Source: Okamejei kenojei
Lineage: Eukaryota
Reading direction: 5' to 3'
Length of the DNA stretch: 48,701 nt
Assembly: GCA_035221665.1 (NCBI GenBank)
Contig: CM069169.1
Location: 17,422,001-17,470,701 of the forward strand
Below are positions 1-13,341 of this stretch, piece after piece (the stretch's first letter is position 1; each line of letters begins with the position of its first letter). The translations under genes and the position numbers were made by a program. The notes beneath the pieces are model-generated. The model worked only from the letters and a program-made list of their open reading frames with translations. It was not told where the DNA came from and did not search any database.

Positions 1-1147
1 CACAATCCTCGTGGCTCTGTGCCAACAATTCAAACAATATTGTTTTTCTTCAATGTTCTGTTCCTTCTACGGTCACACACAAAGTGAGATTTTTATTTCT
101 TTCTTGTTGCATTACCGGAGATAGTGTCACATGAAGTGTTCCATGAAGCAGCAGCCGACATTTCAGGTTCTTTGTTTTGTTGTTCAATAAGCTGCAATTT
201 TTGCATTCAAATATTACAGAAAGTCTTCTGTCTATTCTTGGTCAGCTGCTCCTGCATTGTAGGCATGCCCTGCGAGTCAATCTGAATGAATTCATTCATC
301 AGGCAGCATTGCATGAGGTACAGTCATACTCTCCTACAATTAGATTATAAAGCAGACATGGCTACAGCTCTCAAATTTAAACTGCAGCTAATTATTAACC
401 ACTCTTTCGGGCATTCTTTCATGTTCCTTGTTCATAATTGAAACCGTCTCAGAGGATCTTTAGACTTCTATTTTGCGGCAAAGGTTTGTGCAATGTTTTC
501 ATAAAACAAAAAGTGAACATTTATCCTGAGATATTACAATTTTACCCTGTCAGGAGAAGCATGGAGAGGAAAATAAGATTAATTTCTCTGACAAAAACTG
601 GAAAACAGATATTTGCATCTCCCAGCAATTAATTCTTGAATAAAAGCTTTGAAAATGCTTGAGATAATCAGCAGGTTGGGCAGCATCTATGGGAAGAGCA
701 GTGGTTAATGTTTCAAGACGATGATATAGAACCTAGGATGAACCTAAGACGATAGAGAACAGCACAGGAAAGAGCCCTTCTTGCCCACAGTGTTAGTGTC
801 AAACATGCCAAGTTAAGCTGATCTTACAAGTAAAAAAGTAGATTTTGAATTTTTAGCATTTTTAATATCCCAAAATAATTTTTAAAGTATTATTTCACTG
901 TACCTCGGTACACATGACAAACCAAACCGAACTGTTAATAAACTAACACGAGACAATAAACTAAACTGGTCAGGCCCTTAAATAGGTAAGCAGCTTATAG
1001 GACAATAATTTGCCATAGACACCAACAGCAAGGAATGATATGCATACCAGCGTATTTTGGTCCATAAAAAATAGCACTGTGGACAATAAATGTTGACATT
1101 TCAAGCAACATCCATCTCGTGAATTAACAATAAAGATACTTGTACAT

Positions 1148-1233
1148 TGGGCCTCAACCCTAAACGTCACCCATTCCTTTTCTCCGGAGATGCTGCCTGT
1201 CTTGCTGAGTTACTCCGGCATTTTGTGTCTATC
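1148..1233 (+). mobile_element. Short Penelope-like (pLTR-derived) insertion with 11-bp TSD
   Basis: Same family sequence as 22110-22206 (…AAACGTCACCCATTCCTT…GATGCTGCCTG…GCTGAGTTACTCC…CATTTTGTGTCT). Flanked by TACTTGTACAT at 1137-1147 and 1234-1244. Confidence 0.75.
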
Positions 1234-2049
1234 TACTTGTACATCGAAGGATGTGAAGATGTACAGACAAGATATGCATATTTAAACCACATGTCCACCC
1301 TTATTAACAGTACTGTTTTGATGTTGAAGCATAGATTGTGGAAGCATGTATTCATATCACAGTGTAGGATAAGCCATTTTCTTTGCATGATGGCTTGGAC
1401 ATATTGATTTCCCTCATCACACATCTACCATGATGTCAGTTGACAATTGATTTATCAGTACAGTACTGAGCCAAAAGCCAAGAAAGTGCCAGACTGAATT
1501 CCCGACATATATCAGCCCACCTACGTTCAACAGCATCTGCAGTTAAAATTCCAAATTGTTTATTGCTTTACTCAGTATGGATCTGCACATGGGCAGCAGT
1601 AGCATACATAAATTTTAGTTACTGTATCAGAATGATGTACTTTAAAGAATGTAAGATGCTTGTTTCCACTATTACTAGCTTTCTCAATTCTCTCCCAAAA
1701 AAAAACAAGTGATCCATCATTGCACTCAAGGGAAGTTCTCTTTGTATGTTGTAATTTAAAAATTTCAAGATCAACATTCATGAGGAAGTGAGAAGTGATA
1801 TATTTAGTGCATAACTAATAAGATGACCCAGTTTATAATCCTCAAAATGGATTCATCTCAAAGCTGCAAGGACATAGTTGTGAATATTTCCTTTCTGGAA
1901 TTTTTAACCTACATGCACAACCGACCCATCAACAATGTGAATTTCAAACTCTTTGGATTCTGTTTAAGTCACAGTGTTGCTTTCCTCCTCTGTTTTAGCA
2001 ATTTCCACCAGGCTTTTCTGTTCCTCATTATATAGGCGTATATTCCTCA

Positions 2050-2256
2050 GTGTTTTCACACAAAGGGTGGTGGGTGTATGGAACAAGCTGTCAGAGGAGG
2101 TAGTTGAGGCTGGAACTATCCCAACAATTAAGAAGCAGTTAGACGGGTACATGGATAGGACAGGTTTGGAGGGATATGGACCAAATGCCGGCAGGTGGGA
2201 CTAGTGTAGCTGGGACATGTTGGCCGGTGTGGGAAAGTTGGGCCGAAGGGCCTGTT
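2050..2256 (+). mobile_element. CR1 LINE 3' fragment
   Basis: Encodes FTQRVVGVWNKLSEEVVEAGTI..IKKQLDGYM (CR1 ORF2 C-terminus), followed by the 3' UTR motif GGGCCGAAGGGCCTGTT. Confidence 0.85.
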
Positions 2257-4219
2257 GTACATCCTCAATTTCCTTGTTATTGGTCAGGCCATTGCAGTAC
2301 ACTTTAGAACTTATAGTCCCTGGTTTGTCACCTTGACTGTGTTATTGGATCTTTCGCCCATTACTGCTTTTTGTAACTCTTATAAAGTTTTGTCTGGCAG
2401 TCCTCCTGTGGAACATTTGTTGTCTTATGACACAAGATAAATGTAAGTGGTTCTTGTTATTTATTACCAGTTGCTGAACCACAAGCACATTTCAATTTCG
2501 GTGCAATCTGTTCACAAATATTCTAGGTGATATGAACATTTTCTCTTTGCATTTTCCTTGCGTTTTTTCCTACCCACTCGACTTAATCGCACTTATGCTC
2601 TTGTCCACTCTTCTCTATTCACCCTCTTGGCCAGTTGATAAAGGCAAGGATGCCAATACCCAAATGAAAAGCAAAGCAACCTTGTGGCAGTATGAATGGG
2701 AGAGAGGGAGGGGAAAAGCTAAGATGGGGAGGGGAATGGAGATGCAAGTATTAGATTCAAATTCAGAGCAGCACATGAAGATGTATGTGCAGATGGCCTT
2801 GAAGGGAATTATTCCACACATAGAAGAATGACGCTATGAAAGAGATTGGTTTAATCCAAGGACATCAGATTTATGGAATAATTTACTAGAAACGGATTTT
2901 GAGGCAGGCATGATAAATAGGTTTGAAGGTTTGGTGGGATTAATTTAAAAAAAGGCAGACATCTGATGTGTGCGAAGGTGAGCACTTGTTCTTTTTCTCG
3001 TGGAATAATAATCTTGCAGTTGTTACTTAATTTAAGTAACACTTGACAGCAGTGAACAAAGGATGTTGAATACTGATGAATTTTTAATTTAGTGCCACTT
3101 GACTTTAGGTTAATGGAGTGGCGCAGAAAAGAAAAAATGAAGCATATTTCCAGATTTTGTGTGTGGTGTGCGGAGGTCAAGTTGGATTGTGCTTTATCTG
3201 TAAGCTTTGAAAAATGTTAAAGCAAAGCAGTTCAAAGTAGCAGTAGATGTAAACTTGGCTGTGTGAATGTTCTCAAGGGAGGGAACATAAAAAATTGGTT
3301 GCCAGAACTGCCTTTGCTGCACTGTCTGCGCACTTGCCTGGGTTGTTTGTTTTGAACCAATTTTAAATAGTTTAAAAGCTTTTATGCCATCTGTGTCCCA
3401 AACACTATTGGTGCTTAGCCACTTAACAGCCTTGCCCAATCCTTCACCACATGTCTCAAGGGAATAATGCAATATTAATGCATGGCAGTCTCCTTAAATG
3501 GTCAAGATTTATCATTGAATACTATATTTCCTTATAAATTCAGTCTTTCCAGCTGTTCAATATTTTGGTTTAAATACATTTCAACAACTTGCTATATGAT
3601 GGTGTTATTGGAAAGAGATTTTGAATATTGACACATTTATGTTTTCAGACAGATGAATAAACAGCTTTTGTCTGCGACTGATACTTTGCATTTCTAAATT
3701 TTTTGTCTTCATAAATTCCAGGAAATGCTAAATTCCAGAGCGTGGAAATATTACAAATGCCTTTCATATTAATAACCCTATGAGACTTTCTTTTTAAAGA
3801 GAGCTTGCTGGAACATAAAAACACATTACATTGCTGTTGTTTTGTTGGCTGGAGTTGGGCCATGTCACTTTGGCAAGCATTTTGAAACCTAAAGGCATGA
3901 AACAGAATTTTAGATGAGGTCATATATGGTAGCAGTGATTCCATGTGATGCCGTCCCTCTGCAGACTGGCTCATTATATACACACAGCATAGTTAAGCAG
4001 TAAAGTAGGAATAGTCACAGCTGCCTCTCCCTTGCGTTTAAATTTGCTGAGTGATGGGGGTGGGGCGTGTTGGGTTAATAACAATGCAAGCCCTGTTTTA
4101 GTTGTGCAACTTTATAGAAGGGCAAACAAAAAAATCATGTGCGTTTATATGTATGTACTTAAGAAATAGATCTCTTCTTTGTATGCTGCAAGTTAAAAGG
4201 GAAGGACAAGGCTTTCATA

Positions 4220-4500
4220 TTGGTGTCACATGCATCCAGATACAGTGAAATGCTTTGCAAGCTATTCAGTCAAATCATACTATACATTAGTACAATCCAG
4301 CCATACACAAGTAAGCATGTAGACAAAGAGAGGAATACCAGACTACAGAAGAGAGTGTTACTGCATTATATAGTTACAGAGAAAAAGTGCAAGGTCTGCC
4401 ATGAGTTAGGTTGGCTCTAGATCCACTCTAGATTATGGGAGAATCATTGAGTGACAATAATGGGGGAGAAGCTCTTCCTGAATCTGGTGGGACATGCTTT
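4220..4500 (-). mobile_element. Degraded LINE 3' tail (Rex1/Babar or L2-like)
   Basis: The reverse complement resembles the tail at 10560-10720 (…GCTTTTCACTGT….GGTACA.GTGAC…). Confidence 0.5.
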
Positions 4501-4799
4501 CTTGAAACTCCATCTCCACAGCACAGAGTTCCTTGCACCCGTTTGAATAATGTAAAGTTAGTGATGATTGCCAAACAAGTGAAGCTTGCAGTTGGGCTGG
4601 GTTTGGTTCAATTACTCATACGTTATTTTGCCAGAATACAAGGATACCCACACTTCTCACCACATAAGAGGAGGTAGTTTGGGCCATTGAGTCTGTTGCA
4701 GTTCTCAATGAAATTCCATAAATTCCTTGATCCTGCTTATTTCCCTGCACACCACTCTTCCTCACATGCCCACTAAATCTACCTTGATACTGCTGCTGC

Positions 4800-5048
4800 C
4801 CACCTACATAAGTGATGATTTACAGTAGTCAATCAACCTGCCAACAAGCATGACCTTGGAGACATGAGACTGCAGAAGCTGGAATCTAGAGCAAAAAAAA
4901 AGGAGCATGTACATGGGATGTGGTAGGAAATCATAACATTTGAAGGAAACCCATGTGGTCACAAGGAAAATGTGCAAACTCCATGTAACCATACTAAAGA
5001 GTAGGACCAAACCCAGATTGCTGGAGCTGCCAGGCAGCAATGTAACTG
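4800..5048 (-). mobile_element. Degraded tRNA-derived V-SINE-like element
   Basis: The reverse strand reads …GGGTTTGGTCCT…TGGAGTTTGCACATTTTCCTTGTGACCACATGGGTTTCCTTC…TTTCCTACCACATCCC, resembling the V-SINE central domain downstream of a B-box-like motif. Confidence 0.55.
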
Positions 5049-5891
5049 ATATATTTATTCATCTTTAATTTATTTTTGGGGTCTTGCCATTGGTAGCAAG
5101 GTAATGGTAAGCTGCCATGTATCACTGTGACAAAGGAACACCCATTGAACCATAGGGGTGGACTTTCAAGGTGTAGATCCAGTGACAATGAAAGATATAT
5201 TTCTAAGCCAGCGAGATGTGAAATTTGGAGGGGAATATGCAGGCTGCGTTCTAATTCCTTATGTATCTACGTATGTGGTTTGGGAGGTACTTTTGGACAT
5301 ATGGTATATGTACGTTCTGCAGCCACTGTGGTCGTTGATGGGGTGCAATCATGTATTCAGGGGAAATACATGCTCGCAGTCTGCACCTTGGATGACCCGC
5401 CACACTTCAGAATCATGTCTATTTAATTAAGCTTAACTCTCACTCTATCATACCGAAAGAAGTGTTGGGTTTATACTGCTCTACCTTCCTTCATGTGCCA
5501 CCCCCTTCATCACAGGAATCGTGTCAGGTAGCAGTCTACTGTGCATTTAGGAGGACTACATGCACATGAAGCAGATGCCAATATGGAGACCAAAACTGTG
5601 TGCAGAATTCCAAGTATAGACACCCCGGCCTTCTTTAAAGTGGTAGAAAAGTTGTTGTGCTTTGATATGCACACCTTTTGCAAAAAAGGCCATTAGATAT
5701 TTCATTAGCCTTTCTAGCTACATGGAATAACCGCATCTCACGACTCACGTACTTGGACATTCAGATCCCTTTGTACTGCGACATTTTGCGGTCTCACTCC
5801 ATTTAAATAATTATATGGTTCTTTCCAGAGACTCATGTTTGCCCACATTATACTCCATCTGTGAATCTTGCCCACTTACTTAATCTATCAA

Positions 5892-6100
5892 AGATAGACA
5901 AAAATTCTGGAGAAACTCAGGTGAGGCAGCATCTACGGAGAGAAGGAATAGGCGACATTTCGGGTCGAGACCTTCAGAAGGGTCTCGACCCAAAATGTCG
6001 CCTATTTCCTTCTCTCCATAGATGCTGCCTCACCCGCTGAGTTTATCCAGCATTTTTGTCAACCTTTGATTTTTCCAACTTCTGCAGTTCTTTCTTAAAC
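5892..6100. mobile_element. Palindromic Penelope-like insertion (head-to-head pLTR pieces) with 14-bp TSD
   Basis: ~5895-5972 is the reverse complement of ~5980-6062. Flanks are ACTTAATCTATCAA (5878-5891) and ACTTAATCCATCAA (6101-6114). Confidence 0.8.
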
Positions 6101-6261
6101 ACTTAATCCATCAATATCTCTTTTCTGGCAACTGTTTCACAACTTGCTAACTTACCTATCTTCATTTCATCAGGAATTTGACTGAGTCCACCCTGTCTCA
6201 TAACTCTGTTTGTCATTTTTGATTACAAGTGGTTGATTTACCTGCAACACCTCACTTGTTA

Positions 6262-6361
6262 TTGTAACCTCAGTCTGAAGGGTCTCAACCTGAAACGTCG
6301 CCTATTCCTTCTCTCCATAGATGCTGCCTCACCCGCTGAGTTTCTCCAGCATTTTTGTCTA
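6262..6361 (+). mobile_element. Short Penelope-like insertion with degenerate hammerhead core and 8-bp TSD
   Basis: Sequence CAGTCTGAAGGGTCTCAACCTGAAACGTCGCC…; ACTTGTTA occurs at 6254-6261 and 6362-6369. Confidence 0.7.
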
Positions 6362-7937
6362 ACTTGTTACCGATAGTTAGTCTAAAAATTACCTATTTAT
6401 CCTGACACCATTTCCTGTCATTAGCCACTACGCAGTCCATGTTTATTATTCCAACTGGTGCATTTTTCTTATGCAGCAGCCTTTTCCGTGGGACCTCTTT
6501 GAATGCCTTTTGGAACGCCAAATATACTATTTTTATTAACTCCCCCTTTCCACCCTGTACTGGTATATGAACTATTTATAAAGGATCAGGATACTCAAAG
6601 CTACTTGCAGTTAAGGACAACACACCATTTATGGTCCTAGCCTAATGTTTTCCCTGCATGTTAATTTTGTGATTTGTGTACCAGCACTTTTCGGTCGCAT
6701 TCCATTTAAATATCAATTATTGAATTATTTTTCCCAACCAAGTGAATTCTCACATGTTTCTACATTTGTTTCTATTTGTGCGAGTGCACCCATTCACTTT
6801 ATCTGTTCTTAACTCACACTATCGTCTTGCTCAGCATCATCCTCAGACATTGTAAATATTCCACATGATCTCTTCATCCGTATCATTGATAGAGACGATG
6901 AACAGCTGAGTGTCAGCACAAATATCTGCAGCCTTCAAACTGAAAATTACCCTTTGCCCCATGTCTATGAACTGATCTCCAATCCACACCAGTATATCAT
7001 CCCTATCAGTGCACAGAAATTCTGCTTGTTATTTTTTTTATATAGTCCCTTACTGAAGGCCTTCAAGCATATCTCAACTAATTTACCCTTATACATTTTG
7101 TTAGTTACAAACTAAAAAAAAAATCTTTACCAATTTGTCAAATGTGATTTCTTTTCTGTAAATCCATGTTGGCTTAAAGCAAATCTGTCACTATTTTGTA
7201 ATTGACATATTACTACTTCATAATGGGCTCCACTTTTTCTTGCTACTGCTGCCAGCTAACTGGTGTATAGAATTTTTCAGCTTCTCTCTCGTAGATAGTG
7301 TGGTTACATTTGTTACCTTTCAACCTGTGGATATCATTCTAGAATCAATGGAATTTGACCACCAGTGCACCCACCATCTCTGTTACTTCCGCTCTGTGAA
7401 AGAGCCTGTCAGTCTTGTGAAGAGTTTCAAAGGGAGAACGTTTGTAATGATGGTCTGTAGATCAAACGTATAATTTCCGTGGTTCTAAACTTAATATTCC
7501 ATGACTGGTTGGTGGTGTTGGGGCTGGTGTAAATCTAGGACCCAGGCATCAAAAGCAGGTTTAAAATTAAGCTTGGGTGTAAAGGTAAAAAAAGTGAATC
7601 TCAGAGTCAGGAGATTATGTAGCACATTATTTCAGAATTAGACGTACAGAAGGTGAGGCAAGACCATGAGGCATTCGAGACACAAACCATTCAAATGTAT
7701 ATTTGTAATTAAGATAGGAAATTAGGGCACAATTATTACTTACAAGTATTGGGAGGCACATTTAATGACAGCTGGCAGAAAACCAAAAACTGCCTCCAGA
7801 ACAAAGTGCTGCTGAGTGTTAAAATAGTCAATAGAATAAAATAAAGTACATAGACCAATATTTTGGAATTATAAAGTGATGTCCTCAGATACCTGAAACT
7901 TTCTACAATTAAGTTGTGCAAGTTGGTGTTTCATCAA

Positions 7938-8290
7938 GTCATAGATGGAGTCATACAGCCTGGAATCTGGCCCATGTGGCCCAACTTGCCAATAACAACC
8001 AAGATGCCCAACTACTCCAAACCCACCTGCCCACGTATGGCCGATATCCCTATAAACCTTTACTATCCATGTACCTGTTCAAGTGTCTTTTAAATGCTGT
8101 AATGGTATCTGCCTCAACGAGCCTTGTCCGGCAGCTCGTTCCATATACCCACAACCCTCTGTGTGGAAAAGATTGCCCCTTCAGGATTCCCCTCTCACCT
8201 TAAACCTATGTCCTCTGGATCTTGATTTCCCTACTATGCATAAAAGACTCTGTGCATTCACCCTATCTATTCCCCTCATGACTTTATACG
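7938..8290 (-). mobile_element. CR1 LINE 3' fragment
   Basis: The reverse strand gives TQRVVGIWNELPDK..EADTITAFKRHLNRYMD, and the fragment carries a GTCATAG-type tail. Confidence 0.75.
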
Positions 8291-8549
8291 CAAGTTAATA
8301 TGAACATAAAAGATGTTCTGATTAATATTCATGAATATTCCCAAATGTGCAAATTACCTCACTTAAATGGAGGCATTAACACCTGTTCTCCCAGCATTGA
8401 AGATGTACGTTGGAAAGGCTGTGGAAGAAAAAGTGAAATAGAATGCCATTTCATGTCCTGCATGTTCCTGGATGAATAATTTCCCAGTATTTTGGATTAT
8501 GTGGTTGTTTTGCCATTCTCTAATCTCAATTGAATCATTTGTACTACAG

Positions 8550-8671
8550 GAGGAGTACAGGACAGAAGGCATCAGTTGGCACAATATTGATTATATTGAC
8601 AACAGTGGTTGCATTAATCTCATCATCAAGAAACCCACAGCTTTGCTCCACCTACTGGATGAGGAGTGCAA
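8550..8671 (+). CDS. MYO9A: Myosin IXa internal coding exon A (122 nt): [40 protein letters not shown](N)
   Basis: Acceptor tactacAG at 8548-8549 and donor AA|GTAAGT at 8672. The peptide matches the myosin motor segment after the relay helix (EEY..EGI.W..IDY.DN..CINLI.KKP...LLDEE). Phase 2 joins the next exon. Confidence 0.96.
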
Positions 8672-8939
8672 GTAAGTACCAAGCACTTGGGTAGCTCAAA
8701 ACCAAACGATATGAACACTAGATTCTCCAATTTTAAGCATACACTCCACTCCTCCTTTCTTTTCTGTGCCACCCTACCTAGTCCTCAGTAATTTCTTCCA
8801 ATATCCCACCCTAGACATCGTGCTCCATTACCCTTCTTCATACACTCTCATCTCCCCCCCCCCCCCCTTCCCTTCCCCTTCCCATTTTACCCGCAACTGG
8901 AACACAGCTTCCCCATCCATGAATCCAACCATTTAGCAA

Positions 8940-11900
8940 TAAACGCCAACATGCTGTTTGCTGCCATAACTACTTGTTGGAGCTGCCTGTTAACTTTGTA
9001 ATCCATGTGCTTGAACAGCAAGATCCCTCTGAACCACTCATTTGCAGTCAGTCTTCATATAGATGATAAACATCTTTTAGATTCCTCCTACCAAAGTGGT
9101 AGGAGCCACTATCAGACCTTGCATTCTCCCACATTCATTTCACTGCCAGGCTTTCTCCCAACTTATCAAGCTGCAAAATCATGACGCCTCATTACCACCT
9201 TAACCTGCACCTGTTTTCCTATCATTGGTAAATCTGGAAACATTATACTGCGTTCCCTCCTCCAGAACATTAATGTAAATAATTAACAAATGAGGGCCAA
9301 GAACCAGTCCCTAGAGTACTCCAGCCTTAAAAGGACCCATTTATTTCAGCTTTTTGTTTTTATCGTGTAAGCCAATCGACATTTACACACTCCAACACAC
9401 TCGATTCTTAATTTATCCACAAACGCTTTTATGGAAAGACTTCCAATAAAAACATTTGTATAAACGTCAAGTACATTTGGAAATCTAAATATTACATTAA
9501 CTGGATCTCCTTACCATCTCTCCCTGTCACATCCGCAAAGATTTCAAGCATATTTGATTGACCTTTTATAAAACAATGTTGACCAGGTTTGATTATGTTT
9601 AACTTTCCTAAATGATTAGTTATTTCCTCCTTGATTATTAACAATAACATCCTACCAACAATAGATGTTAAGCTAACTGGCGTATCGTTACCTGATATAG
9701 CTATCTCATTATCCCGGTTTGAACAAAGGAGTTGCATTGACAGCTTTCCAGTATTCTGGTATCCTTCCAAAAATTAGCAAGTTTTGAATAATTTGAATCA
9801 ATGGAACCACTATCTAGGCAGGCACTTCATGTAAAACCCAAGGGTGCTGGCCATGGGCTCCGGCTGATTTGTTTGCAACCAGCCCTAAAATTTCCCTATT
9901 ATGACTGAGAGTTTTATGAGTCCCTTCCTGTTATTTGAAATTAGTCCATAAGTTTGGGATATTTTCAATCGCCTGTGGTTAAAATTGATGCAAAATGCTG
10001 ATTTAGCATACCTGCCATTTCTTTGTTTGTTGTTTTTAGCTCACCAGCCTCCTTCTCTGGAGGTTTCACACCTACTTAAGCAGCCTTCATCCGATTTATA
10101 CATTCAGAGAAACTCTTCCGGCTTGTGTTGGTATTGCACACAGGTTTTCTCTCAAAATCAATTTTCTCCATTATGAGCCTTTTAGCCGTTTGTTGCTGGA
10201 TCCTGAAAACCTCACCGGCCTATCATCACCCACGTTGTATGCCCTAATGAACAACCTAATATTGTAGTCAACCTTTTTTTGTTAACCAAGGATCGTGCCT
10301 ATTTCTCATGGAATCCCTCTTCACGCTGTCTCGACCGTGTAATCAAGGACCAATCTCATCCCAGTCGGTCACTCCTTCTTCTCCCCTCTCCCATCAGGAA
10401 AGAGGTTCAGAAGTTTGAAAACGTATACCTTCAGATTCAGGAACAGTTTCTTTCCAACTGTTATCAGTCAACTGAATGATCCTCTCATCAGCAAGAGTGC
10501 AGCCTGACCTTTCTTCTATCTCACTGGAGACCTCTGAACAATCTTTAATCTTTAAAAGACTTCAATGTTATATCTTGGACTAAAGGTTATACCCTATATC
10601 CTTTAATTTGCACTGTAGATGGATTGAATGTATACATGTATAGTCTTATTTGACTGGATAGCAAGCAAACAAATGCTTTTCACTGTTCCTTGGTACAGGT
10701 GACAATAATAAACTAAACTAAATTACTTGGGATAAATTTCTACTGAGTGTTTTGGACCAGCTGATTTAATATCTGCCACTCTTCATAGACTAATTGTCTC
10801 TTAACTTATTTTCCCAATCGTCATTTAACAACTCCACCTTCAAACCATTCTAATTGCCCTTATTGAGGTTGAAGTCATTGTTTGTGGTTTTGTGATGTTC
10901 ACCTTCAACCGTCACGCATAATTTTCTCATATTATGATGACTTCCTCCCCGAGGATCCTTCTTTACTCATGACTAAATCAAAAATAACCTGTTCCTGGAT
11001 AGGTTTTATAACGTGTTGTTTTAAGAAGCAATTCCTTGATGTTACTCCGCAAGTTCTTGCCAGTTTGGTTCATTCAAGCAATACGCAGATTGAAATTTCC
11101 CTGGCAATTGTGGTTCCCATCTGACATGCTCCAGATGCTTCTTCATTTATGGTCTGTGCTCTCAAGAGGCCACATCATGGGGCCAGTGGATTATTTCCAC
11201 CCGTACCTTCTACACCCCTGATTATCATAACATCAATCCAAACTGATTCTACATTGCTATCCACTGCTTCCATATTACAATTCAACACCTCTCTGATACC
11301 TTTCTTGATTAATCATGTTACCCCATCTCCTTTCCCTTTTGGCCTGTTCCTTTGGAACATCATATAATTTGGAATATTAAGCAGCCGGTTCTGGAAACCC
11401 TGCCGCCACGTCTCTGATTCCTATTAGATCATTAGGTTACTATCTGTGCTGCCAACTGGTGTAACTCATTGCAAATGCTGAGTACATTTAAATAAACGCT
11501 GTTAAACTTAGATTGTTTCAATAGCTTTTTACTAACTATGGATTGACTCTGTAGCACATACTTTTATTTGTGTTTTTTGCCCCAGCCTTGTCAATCTCTT
11601 CCCTCACTGTGTTGTGCCAGCACTCTCCGATTTTCTCTTGATTTATCACATATCCCTTTCTTGGAGCTCTCTCCTGCCCTTTTTATTTAAAGTTCTGTCT
11701 ACAACCTTTTTCATACGATTCACCGAGAGGCTCTTGCCAGCATGATTTGACTGAAGATCACCCCAACGAACAGCTCTTTCCTCCAGCAGTATTAGTCCCA
11801 GTGACCCTACTACCTCTGTACACGGTTTCCTTTCTTCTCTTTTCTCTTTGCCAATTTGCACGTGGCTCAAATAATAATCCAGAAATTATCACCTTTATGG

Positions 11901-12110
11901 TTGTGCATTTCAATTTTTCCCTGAGCTCTTCATAATCCCAAAGCAGAACTTCCTTCGTACTCCTGCCTATGTTTATCACGACAATGGGTAAACATAGAAA
12001 CAGTCCCCACCCACACCCACCCATTCTCGTATCCAAATTCTTCTCCAGTCGGGGAGATATATTCTTAACACTACAGCACGGCTTTCGGGGTTCTGTCTTT
12101 GCGTAGGAAA
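8940..12110 (-). mobile_element. Old CR1 LINE spanning the ORF1 C-terminal half (SGNH/esterase-like) and degraded ORF2
   Basis: ORF 11758-12036 (KEVLLWDYEELREKLKCTTIKVIISGLLFEPRANW) resembles the CR1 ORF1 esterase domain. ORF 9492-9770 (PVSLTSIVGRML..IIKEEI.NHL…QHCFIKGQS) is CR1 RT. Confidence 0.7.
10310..10722 (+). mobile_element. Rex1/Babar-like LINE 3' end nested in the old CR1
   Basis: Encodes IKDQSHP…LPSGKRFRSLKTYTFRFRNSFFPTVISQLN across a frameshift and ends in AATAAACTAAACTAAA. Confidence 0.7.
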
Positions 12111-12289
12111 CAGTGGCTGTTCTTCTAACTATGCTACGCTATGATGATTACTTTGGTTTGATAATGTTAATCAAATTTGGAATTGGAGTGCAGTCCTGTT
12201 GTGCAATCTCTGAAAGCTAACTTGTATTGCATTGTCCTCTGATTAGTTATAATTAAACGTACAGACATAAAAACTGTTTTTATCCACGA

Positions 12290-12523
12290 GTAGTTGCTCT
12301 ACTCAACAGCCAAAAATCTGTAGCCTCCCTTTGATCTGGTATTTTGTTGGTTCACATGCTTGATCAATGGTGTTTTATCATTAATGTTTTATTATTATTA
12401 ATGTTTAGTGTTTTCTGAGTCATTCGTAACTGTCACTATGTCATGTCGTTACTTGTGGGCGGAGCACCAAGGCAAATTCTTTGTATGTGAATACTTGGCC
12501 AATAAACTTACTTACTTACTTAC
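12290..12523 (+). mobile_element. LINE 3' UTR fragment with (CTTA)n tail
   Basis: AATAAA at 12501-12506 is directly followed by CTTACTTACTTACTTAC. The family is not identified with certainty. Confidence 0.6.
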
Positions 12524-12877
12524 AAGCATACACATTGCAATCAGCAGCATTGTTTGCTGCTGGAAATTCATTGCTTGCTCTGTGGCCCACAAGATCACAC
12601 GCTGTTAAAGGTGAAGTACACTTGCGCAATTTATGTTTGAAGTTAGCTACATTTCTGACAGGAACTGGTCAAGTGCTTGGCTGAGATGGCCACAAGGTCC
12701 ATGTAGCTGAGATCAGGTCTATCTGATCGACCAGGTTTTTTTTTTTCACCAAGAGAGGTGATGGTGTATATAAGCTCTGTGGTACGTCTCGACTTCTAAG
12801 TTCTCAGATGCCTCAGTAAAGATGATGATGATTCCTCTGTCATGGCTTTTTGTATTATTGTTTATTTCTTAATTCAG

Positions 12878-13019
12878 TTTTCCACAGGCAACAAATCAGA
12901 CGCTGCTTGACAAATTCAAGCGACAGCATGAGGGGAACAACTATATTGAGTTTCCTGCAGTGATGGAGCAGGCCTTTATCATAAAGCATTATGCAGGCAA
13001 GGTCAAGTACCAAGTCAAG
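12878..13019 (+). CDS. MYO9A: Myosin IXa exon B (142 nt): (N)[47 protein letters not shown]
   Basis: Pyrimidine tract plus ttcAG at 12876-12877 and donor AAG|GTGGGT at 13020. Contains the myosin motif F.I.HYAG.V.Y. Not in the ORF track; translated by hand. Confidence 0.96.
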
Positions 13020-13341
13020 GTGGGTACTGGTGTAAACGTTGGTATTGATTGTCTATGAAGTTTATGATATAGTTAAAGGTGGGATATGCACACTACATTG
13101 AAACCAATTGCTAAAGGCAAAATTGTACTTTTTTATGCAACTGTTTTACATGATCTTTTATTTATTTTTAATCCTTTATTAATGCTGCGTCAGGCGCTAA
13201 AATGCTCCATGTTTAAAAGGACAGCAGCTAAAGTAGCATGGCATCATCTGGTCATAATCTACTATCCTTTGTTGAAATGTGTGTGTTTGGCAGGTCACTC
13301 AGTCTAAATATGAGTGTTAGGCTACCTGGCAAGTCGTCTAA

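Larger units (their letters stand above)
5520..7380 (-). mobile_element. Old, heavily degraded CR1 RT remnant interrupted by two Penelope-like insertions
   Basis: Reverse-strand relics of CR1 motifs: LE.C.QFWSP (~5585-5615), VYL.FQKAF (~6500-6530) and SQHGF (~7160-7175). Confidence 0.6.

Noticed and set aside
1-8549. Search for the preceding MYO9A exon (switch II DIFGFE / NE.LQ..FN.HIF..EQ)
   Set aside because: No such sequence was found; it must lie upstream of the window. The short ORFs here have no recognisable homology.
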